A DNA stretch of 21,117 nucleotides from an uncultured Myxococcales bacterium (GTDB lineage: Bacteria; Myxococcota; UBA4151), in NCBI GenBank assembly GCA_964013405.1, contig CAXGWI010000052.1:1-21117 (forward strand), given 5' to 3'. Positions 1 through 5,969 of this stretch are shown here, in pieces; within the stretch, counting starts at the first letter, position 1, and each line of letters opens with the position of its first letter. The position numbers and the translations under genes are program-made. The notes under the pieces were generated by a model that searched no databases, was not told the origin of the DNA, and saw nothing but the letters and a program-made list of their open reading frames with translations.

Positions 1-242
1 CGCAGGCTTGTGAGGCAGGCCCGTTCTTCGGTGGCGAGGATGCCGACACCTGCGCCACTGGGCACCTTTGCCTGCCACTGCAGCAGGGCTCGGCTTGCAT
101 CCAACTCTGCGACCCCGCCGGCACGGCGGAGGAGAACGACTGCCAGCCTCTGCAGGACCGCCCGACGGTCTGCATGGCTATGAACCAGTTGCTCCGCTCC
201 CAAGCCGCTTCGCCGTTGGGCCTGTGCTTTCCACAGCAGTAA
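1..242 (+). CDS. Partial CDS (3' end) of a cysteine-rich, probably exported protein
   Basis: Not in the ORF track. The frame starting at base 3 is open from the window edge to TAA at 240-242 and reads QACEAGPFFGGEDADTCATGHLCLPLQQGSACIQLCDPAGTAEENDCQPLQDRPTVCMAMNQLLRSQAASPLGLCFPQQ (8 Cys). A terminator follows. Confidence 0.8.
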   Translation, partial: QACEAGPFFGGEDADTCATGHLCLPLQQGSACIQLCDPAGTAEENDCQPLQDRPTVCMAMNQLLRSQAASPLGLCFPQQ

Positions 243-277
243 GCCCTTGGGATCACCCCGGACTGTAAGGTTCGGAC

Positions 278-311
278 GAAGAAGAGCGGTTCGCCGCTCT
301 TCTTCTTTTTT
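278..311 (+). terminator. Rho-independent terminator
   Basis: Perfect 12-bp stem GAAGAAGAGCGG (278-289) / CCGCTCTTCTTC (294-305), TTCG loop, then T6 (306-311). Lies 35 nt after the upstream stop. Confidence 0.9.
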
Positions 312-335
312 CCCAAGGACCCCTGCGAATCAGGC

Positions 336-354
336 TATCATTCATCGCCCGGAG
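336..354 (+). promoter_or_regulatory. Candidate -10 element and Shine-Dalgarno for the lipoprotein-WYL-WYL-rseP unit
   Basis: TATCAT at 336-341 (5/6 match to TATAAT) with no recognisable -35. GGAG at 351-354 lies 8 nt before ATG 363. Confidence 0.4.
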
Positions 355-362
355 ATCGACCT

Positions 363-1049
363 ATGAAAACTGCGCTCGCCTTTTCCCTCGTTTTTCTCAC
401 TGCTTGTGGCGCACCGCCCGAGCCGGACCTCATCTTCGACAGTGAAGACGGTCGTAGTGCAGAAGAACGGGCGAACGATCGAGACCCGGTGAACTTGGTC
501 AAAGGGGCGCCCTGTGACCTGAGCAATGATGAGTGTAGCGAGGGTCTGGCCTGTGCGACTTTCTGGAGTGCCGAAGACGGCTCAGGGTCGAGTCCTGCTT
601 GTTTTGAGACCTGCGCAAACGATGGTGATTGCAATGGCGGGAAGTGCGAGAATGCTCCCTTCGGCAATGTGATGGTCTGCATTCGCCAAGATGCCCAACC
701 CAACCAGCCCTGCGGCTCTTATGCCGGGGCTCAGTGTGCCCATGACATCCTAAATGGCTGCGTTACCTTTGCGCCCAGCGACCGTTTCCGTGACGGCATC
801 GCCTTTTGCTTGCTGCCCTGTGATACCGACGCCGACTGCACCGAACAGGTGCCCGGTGGTGTCTGTCGGAACTTCCCCGTCGAATTCGGACGGGAGATGG
901 TCTGGGACGGCAGCGAAAGCACCGGCAAGGGAGGCTACTGCACGACCGTCAATGATGCTCGGGGTGCGGCCTGCGGGATCCAAGAGGATGGCAGCCTCCT
1001 GAGTTGCGGCGGTCGCTATCACTGCGAACCCAGTTCCCGCTGCGGTTAA
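363..1049 (+). CDS. Cysteine-rich lipoprotein (228 aa)
   Basis: Signal peptide MKTALAFSLVF plus lipobox LTAC (Cys15). 20 further Cys in repeated modules. SD GGAG upstream. Confidence 0.85.
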   Translation: MKTALAFSLVFLTACGAPPEPDLIFDSEDGRSAEERANDRDPVNLVKGAPCDLSNDECSEGLACATFWSAEDGSGSSPACFETCANDGDCNGGKCENAPFGNVMVCIRQDAQPNQPCGSYAGAQCAHDILNGCVTFAPSDRFRDGIAFCLLPCDTDADCTEQVPGGVCRNFPVEFGREMVWDGSESTGKGGYCTTVNDARGAACGIQEDGSLLSCGGRYHCEPSSRCG

Positions 1050-1052
1050 GGG

Positions 1053-1955
1053 GTGGCCCGAAGCTCCAAAGCCGGCCGCCTTCTCTCCCTGGTCGCCGTC
1101 CTGCGGCAAAGCGATCGGCCCCTGCACCGGCGGGAGATCTTTCGCTCCGTGCCCGCTTATCGGGATTACGAAGGCAAACGGGAGAGCCTTCTTCGCACCT
1201 TTGAACGGGACAAGGCCGAACTGAAAGAGATGGGATTAGGCCTGGAGACGGTCCAAGGCGAGGAGGGGGATGAACTCGACTATCGCCTACCGGCCGCGAA
1301 AGACCCCACCCTCCGCTGCGACCAGCGAGACCGACTGATCCTTGCTGCGGCCGCTCAGGCTCTTGGCTCCCTCCCCGGCATGCCCGCGCGAGAACTTGCA
1401 TCCACCGCTTTGGCAAAACTCCTAGAAGCTCCGGTTGAGACAAGGGAACAGCAGGACGCGGATCCGAACATCAGTCGCCTGCTCGAGTGGCTGTCGAGCC
1501 CTTGCTCCCTGCGCTTTCAATACCGACGTGCAGGCCGGGATGAAGACCGGGCCGTCGTTCTCGACGACCCAGCCCTCACCTGTCGCCAGGGGCGTTGGTA
1601 TCTTTTGGGCTACGACCAAAAACGCCAGGCCGACCGGACTTTCCGGCTCGACCGAATCACCGGTGCCATCGAGCGACAGGCTCCCGGGCCAGGCCAGCGG
1701 GAGCGGCGGCGTCTCGACCTTTGGCACTTGGCCGGTGAACCGCTGTTGGAGGCTACCCTGGTGCCGACGTCCAGTGCACCGATTACCCTGCCTGAGGCCT
1801 TTATGCCCCGCAATGCACCCGATGACTCGGTGCAGGTCCGCTGTAGCAATCGTCGAGCCCTTATCGTTTGGCTCTGCGGTCAAAAGAGTTGGCGTGTCCA
1901 AGCACCGGAGGCCCTCGCCGAAGAAGTCGAGCGGGGCTTGGGAGCCTTGTTGTGA
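1053..1955 (+). CDS. pafB: HTH-WYL transcriptional regulator, PafB-like
   Basis: N-terminal RLLSLVAVL..EIFRSVPAY..RTFERDKAELKEMGLGLET matches the PafB-type wHTH signature (FERDKxxLRxxG). WYL domain GRWYLLGYD..RTFRLDRI. WCX-like tail VQAPEALAEEV. GTG start 3 nt after the lipoprotein stop. Confidence 0.85.
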   Translation: MARSSKAGRLLSLVAVLRQSDRPLHRREIFRSVPAYRDYEGKRESLLRTFERDKAELKEMGLGLETVQGEEGDELDYRLPAAKDPTLRCDQRDRLILAAAAQALGSLPGMPARELASTALAKLLEAPVETREQQDADPNISRLLEWLSSPCSLRFQYRRAGRDEDRAVVLDDPALTCRQGRWYLLGYDQKRQADRTFRLDRITGAIERQAPGPGQRERRRLDLWHLAGEPLLEATLVPTSSAPITLPEAFMPRNAPDDSVQVRCSNRRALIVWLCGQKSWRVQAPEALAEEVERGLGALL

Positions 1956-2902
1956 AGCTAGCCCCCCTCGAAACAACCCGTCTCCTGCTCGCCATCGAGC
2001 GGGCCGCAGACCTTGGCGCGACGGGCATCAAGCTCTCTGAGCTGGCCGAGGAGTTCCAACTCAATCCATCCCAGCTCCGTCGGGCCCTCGAAACATTGGA
2101 AACCCTCGGTGGTGAAGATGCCAGCCCCGACGAACTTCTCGATATCGAGTGGGGTGAGGATGACCATGTACGGGTCCACTACCTCCCTGGCCTGGACGAA
2201 CCCGTGCCACTGCGCTCCGAGGAGTGTGCGGTTTTGCTCATGGGCCTCGACCTCCTGGGCCTTGAGCCCGACCAAGCCCGAACCCTTCAGGCCCGGCTGC
2301 TGGCCCGGCTCGACGGTCGCGCGGCCGGCCGGGTGGTCGAGCTCCGCCAACGCCTCGATCTGGCCCCCGACCACCCCCTTCTGCCCAAAATGAATGAGGC
2401 CTTGGAGCAGGACCGTTGCCTCGAGATCCACTATGATCGGGGCGGCGGCGCCCAGTGGCGAGTCATCCGGCCCACGTCGATGCTGGTCTTTGAAGGAAGG
2501 GTCTACGTGGGCGCCGATTGCCAGCTGCGTCAGGCTCCCCGCGTCTTTCGACTCGACCGGATTCTCGAGCTCCGTGGCAGCGACGATTTCAGGCTCCAGG
2601 ACTCAGCACCCATCCTCGAAGAGGATTTATGGGCTCGAGTGGTCCGGCTCCACAGTGCAGAGCACCGCCAAACCGTGGTGTTGCGGGCTCGTGACCCCTT
2701 TGGCGAATGGGCCCTGGAAGACCGCTATGGCCGGGCGGCCCGGGACCCCAAGGGCCATTTCACCAGTCTCGTTCATCCCGGCCAGGCCCTTGCAGCCTGG
2801 ATTGTCGCCCAGGCGGGCAGCGTTGAGGTGGTGGAACCGGCGATTTTGCGCGAGGGGGTCGCTCGCCGAGCCCGTTCGCTCCTGGAGACCCATTGTGACT
2901 GA
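1952..2902 (+). CDS. pafC: HTH-WYL transcriptional regulator, PafC-like (start revised to GTG 1952)
   Basis: GTGA overlap with the upstream stop. LSELAEEFQLNPSQLRRALETL..PDELLDIEW..VRVHYLPGLDEPVPLRSEECAVLL resembles the PafC N-terminus (PxDLIDxxF..LDRPLRL). WYL region GRVYVGADC..RVFRLDRI. WCX tail VEVVEPAILRE. Confidence 0.8.
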   Translation: MKLAPLETTRLLLAIERAADLGATGIKLSELAEEFQLNPSQLRRALETLETLGGEDASPDELLDIEWGEDDHVRVHYLPGLDEPVPLRSEECAVLLMGLDLLGLEPDQARTLQARLLARLDGRAAGRVVELRQRLDLAPDHPLLPKMNEALEQDRCLEIHYDRGGGAQWRVIRPTSMLVFEGRVYVGADCQLRQAPRVFRLDRILELRGSDDFRLQDSAPILEEDLWARVVRLHSAEHRQTVVLRARDPFGEWALEDRYGRAARDPKGHFTSLVHPGQALAAWIVAQAGSVEVVEPAILREGVARRARSLLETHCD

Positions 2903-4214
2903 GCAAGACGAGCAGGTGCTCGAAACGGCTGCCGAGGTGGAGGAACAAGTAGGTCTCCAGGCTGATCCGGAGCCAGCTAGCGAAGAGACCGATGAATCCC
3001 CAGCAGAAGCGAAACCGGGAAAATATGATCGGGCCACGAATTGGCTGATGGCGATTGGGGTGGTCTGGCTCATCATGACGAAGCCAGCCTTGGCCGCTGC
3101 CATCGCTCTCTTTGGCGTCCTCGTGGCCATCCATGAAGCGGGTCACATGATGTTGGCCAAGTGGTCTGGCATGCGGGTCGAGCGTTTCAGCATCGGCATG
3201 GGCCCGGCCCTCTACAGCTTTAAGCGGGGGGAGACCGAGTACGTCCTCGCCCCCCTTCCCCTAGGCGGCTACGTCCATATCGCCGGGCTCGACCCGGAAG
3301 AAGAGGGTGCGGCCGATGACCCGCGGGCCTTCGACAATCGGCCTCTGCTCGGTCGGGTGCTCGCCATTCTCGGCGGCCCCCTGGCCAATTACGTCTCTGC
3401 CGGCCTCTTGGTCTTCCTTTTGGGGGTTAGCCACGGTGGTCGCTGGGCGGTGATGATCAGCGCCGTCTCCGACGACGGAGCCGCAGCACAAGCCGGGGTC
3501 CAGTCTGGTGACCTCCTGCTCGCCATCGATGGCGAGGCCGTCAATTATACAAGCGACCTGCCTCGCTTGGCGGCGCCGGCTAATGATTACACGTTGAGCC
3601 TCCGGCGAACCATCGTTCTCGACGAGGCGACCGACCTCGCAGCCTTGCCCGGCCGGCGCTCTGGTGACGTGCTTCAAGCCATCAACGGGGAGCTCACTTG
3701 GCCCCAAAAACTCCCGGCCGGCGAGCACCAGATCGAGTTCCAACGGGTGATGACGAAAGGCGATGGGCTCTTCGGCTTGCGTCCAGAGTCCGTACCGGTG
3801 CGCGGGGGTGAGCGAAGCCTAGGCGGTGCCCTCGCGGCCAGCGTCCAGATCCCCTACGAAACGACCAAAATGATGGCGATGAGCCTCTATGGTCTCATGG
3901 CTAAGCCAAACTCAGCCACCCTTGAAGGCCCGGTTGGGATTCTGCGCCAGGCCCAGGCCAGCGCAGACGCGGGGGTGCTCGCCTACCTCATGTTTGCGGT
4001 GACCCTGTCGGTGGTTCTGGGCTTCTTTAACCTCTTACCCATCCCGGCCTTGGATGGGGGACGCCTGGTCTTTCTCTTTCTCGAAGCGGTCCACAGCAAG
4101 TTGGTGCCCAGCCCAAAGACACAAGCCAAGATTCATGGCTATGGCTTTCTCGTACTCCTCACCCTGATTCTGGTGGTCACCGTCAATGATGTCGGCCGAA
4201 TCTTCGGACTTTAG
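2895..4214 (+). CDS. rseP: RseP-like site-2 intramembrane zinc metalloprotease (M50) with PDZ region (start revised to GTG 2895)
   Basis: HEAGH (HExxH), FSIGMGP, PLGGYV, GGPLAN, PDZ motif AAQAGVQSGDLLLAIDG, and NLLPIPALDGG. GGAG at 2884-2887 precedes GTG 2895, which overlaps the pafC-like stop by 8 nt. Confidence 0.93.
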   Translation: MTEQDEQVLETAAEVEEQVGLQADPEPASEETDESPAEAKPGKYDRATNWLMAIGVVWLIMTKPALAAAIALFGVLVAIHEAGHMMLAKWSGMRVERFSIGMGPALYSFKRGETEYVLAPLPLGGYVHIAGLDPEEEGAADDPRAFDNRPLLGRVLAILGGPLANYVSAGLLVFLLGVSHGGRWAVMISAVSDDGAAAQAGVQSGDLLLAIDGEAVNYTSDLPRLAAPANDYTLSLRRTIVLDEATDLAALPGRRSGDVLQAINGELTWPQKLPAGEHQIEFQRVMTKGDGLFGLRPESVPVRGGERSLGGALAASVQIPYETTKMMAMSLYGLMAKPNSATLEGPVGILRQAQASADAGVLAYLMFAVTLSVVLGFFNLLPIPALDGGRLVFLFLEAVHSKLVPSPKTQAKIHGYGFLVLLTLILVVTVNDVGRIFGL

Positions 4215-4984
4215 CGCAGACGCCCCACCCCGCGAACCTCGCCGCCCTTGATGGTAAAGACCTCCCATGTTCGGCCCGTCCCCGCGGATGGGACCCGAAA
4301 GACATGGAGCAAGCGACCATCGCCAAAGACCATCACCCGCCCCTGGCTCTTCGACAGTGCGGAGGAGTTGGACTGACTCCGGTTGCTGTAGTCATGGACG
4401 AAATAGGAATAGGTCCCCCGGTCATCGACCTGACGGATCGTGATGGTCTCAGGGCCCTCTCCATCCACATCGTCCCGATCCAGATTCACTCGATCCCGGT
4501 AGGACTTCTTGTGGCGGTAGCTGATATGATAGCTGCCGGATTTTTTCAGGTGGGCATCGAGGTCCGCCGGTCGACGCCCCCAATCCAGCACGATGCGGAC
4601 GTGCTTCGGTGTGGGTAACTTCGGGCTAATCGAGAAGCGATTATTGAACAGCGTGCGGGCCTGAAAGCGGACCTTTAGATCGGTGGTGATATAGCCCCGA
4701 GCGGTGAAGCGGAGCGCCCTCGCATCGTCACCGGCAGCCAGTTTCTTCGGCCAGGGCAACATGGCCCGACCATCCCGGTCCGTCCGGGCTGACTGGCTGT
4801 CCAAGACCACCGTTGCGCCAGCGATCGGCTTGCCGGTGACCGCATCATAAAATCGCAGCGCGAGCCCACCACCATCACCACGAATCGCGTCGATTTCAGC
4901 AAAGTTATCCGCCCGCCGCATCGACCCCTCTTTCGAGAGGGCAGGACTGGCGATCACAGCAAATGCGGTCAAAAGATGAAGCAT
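4211..4984 (-). CDS. Exported protein with a carboxypeptidase-regulatory-like beta domain and a DUF2135/YfaP-like C-terminal domain
   Basis: Signal peptide MLHLLTAFAVIASPALS. DAVTGKPIAGATV..TDRDG resembles the carboxypeptidase-regulatory-like pattern. VRIVLDW..ADLDAHL..LDRDDVDGEGPETITI..YSYFVHDY resembles DUF2135. SD GGGGAG upstream. Confidence 0.75.
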   Translation of the reverse strand: MLHLLTAFAVIASPALSKEGSMRRADNFAEIDAIRGDGGGLALRFYDAVTGKPIAGATVVLDSQSARTDRDGRAMLPWPKKLAAGDDARALRFTARGYITTDLKVRFQARTLFNNRFSISPKLPTPKHVRIVLDWGRRPADLDAHLKKSGSYHISYRHKKSYRDRVNLDRDDVDGEGPETITIRQVDDRGTYSYFVHDYSNRSQSNSSALSKSQGRVMVFGDGRLLHVFRVPSAGTGRTWEVFTIKGGEVRGVGRLR

Positions 4985-5044
4985 AGTCGAACTCCCCGAG
5001 TCTTCGCCTATACGATGGACGAACTGGGTTTGTTCAACAAGACA

Positions 5045-5896
5045 CTAGGGTTGGGGCTGTGCTGCCTGCTGGGATGGGAACTCCTCACCGGTGAGTTGCT
5101 GGGAGCGAGCGACGAATTCCTTGTGCTCGTAGCAGCCTGTATCCCGAACGAGGACTCGCTGCCGGACATTCGGTCGGTGGCGCCAATCCATGGCCTTCGG
5201 ATAGGTGCACAGATTTAAGAATCGAGCCGGGTCGATGTAGAACCGAGGTCCACTGGTACCATGCTGTTCTTCCACGCTGATGTGAAGATGGGGAATGCCA
5301 TGAAAGCCGGTCTCCCCGGACAGCCCCAGTTGGTCACCGGGCAAAACCCATTGCCCTTCAGAGACGTCAGCCCGACTCAGATGGGTGTAGGTGATTTCGT
5401 AACGCCGACCGCTGGGGAGGTCCTCCCCCTTAAGCCGAGTCTGGGGCACCACTCGGACGGTGACATAGATGGAATGGGCCCGATCCTCGCCGGTGGCGAC
5501 CACCTCACCAAAGGTGGCGGAGGGCACGGGCCGGCCGACCGGGACGAGCAGGTCGACCCCGTTGTGCATCTCCCAGAGAATACCGCTGTTGTAGCGCCAC
5601 TCAAAAGGCGAAGAGAGCTTCGCTTCTTTGGCGGCGAAGGGTCGATAACAATCCTGCCCACGACGAAAGTCCGGGACCGGGCCTAAATGCCGATCATCCC
5701 TTTGTTCGTAGATATTTTGGTCTTGGCCACGCCGCCTGAGCCGCCGCTGCCGACTTTGGGTGCCTGAGGCTCGTTTGTGGGGGCGGCGGGCGGCCCGCTT
5801 CGGACGGGTGGACAGCGATGGCTCAACCGGCTCTTGGGCCCCCACCGAAGGGGTCATCAAGAAGAAGGTTGCCGCCCAGCCAAAGCCCAAAAACAT
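5045..5896 (-). CDS. M23-family metallopeptidase (putative peptidoglycan endopeptidase)
   Basis: HNGVD (HxxxD), TYTHLS, VSEGQWV..GDQLGLSGETG, PHLH (HxH). Hydrophobic N-terminus ending VGA-QE. Confidence 0.88.
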   Translation of the reverse strand: MFLGFGWAATFFLMTPSVGAQEPVEPSLSTRPKRAARRPHKRASGTQSRQRRLRRRGQDQNIYEQRDDRHLGPVPDFRRGQDCYRPFAAKEAKLSSPFEWRYNSGILWEMHNGVDLLVPVGRPVPSATFGEVVATGEDRAHSIYVTVRVVPQTRLKGEDLPSGRRYEITYTHLSRADVSEGQWVLPGDQLGLSGETGFHGIPHLHISVEEQHGTSGPRFYIDPARFLNLCTYPKAMDWRHRPNVRQRVLVRDTGCYEHKEFVARSQQLTGEEFPSQQAAQPQP

Positions 5897-5969
5897 GCGT
5901 TCTGCTCCCGTCCGCTCCCCCGAGAAAACTCAAAACATGGCTTGGCTATTCCAAAGCCTGTGCGCTGGC

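Noticed and set aside
68..268. 66-aa ORF in the track
   Set aside because: Out-of-frame shadow of the Cys-rich partial CDS (3-242), which better fits the neighbouring gene's pattern.
257..275. Small hairpin CCGGAC-TGTAAG-GTTCGG before the terminator, considered as an ncRNA or riboswitch part
   Set aside because: Only a 6-bp stem with a G-U pair, no recognisable RNA family motif and no cloverleaf.
864..885. TGTCGG hexamer resembling the mycobacterial PafBC site
   Set aside because: It lies inside the lipoprotein CDS and is not followed by N10-TANNNT.
1868..1951. Longer N-terminus for the PafC-like ORF
   Set aside because: Overlaps the pafB-like gene by 88 nt. GTG 1952 gives a standard GTGA coupling and the family resemblance begins there.
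2394..2894. 606-aa version of RseP suggesting a fusion
   Set aside because: The extension lies inside the pafC-like gene in another frame and has no protein-like features. GTG 2895 has an SD.
1053..2902. WYL genes as markers of a defence island (BrxR/CapW, CRISPR-associated WYL)
   Set aside because: No nuclease, methylase, cas, CBASS, BREX or mobile-element gene is in the window, and the sequences resemble PafB/PafC.
5888..5939. Repeated CAAAA(A)CATG and a minus-strand ATG-TTT-TGA mini-ORF upstream of the M23 gene
   Set aside because: Too short to distinguish from chance. It only shows that the M23 start cannot be extended to 5938.
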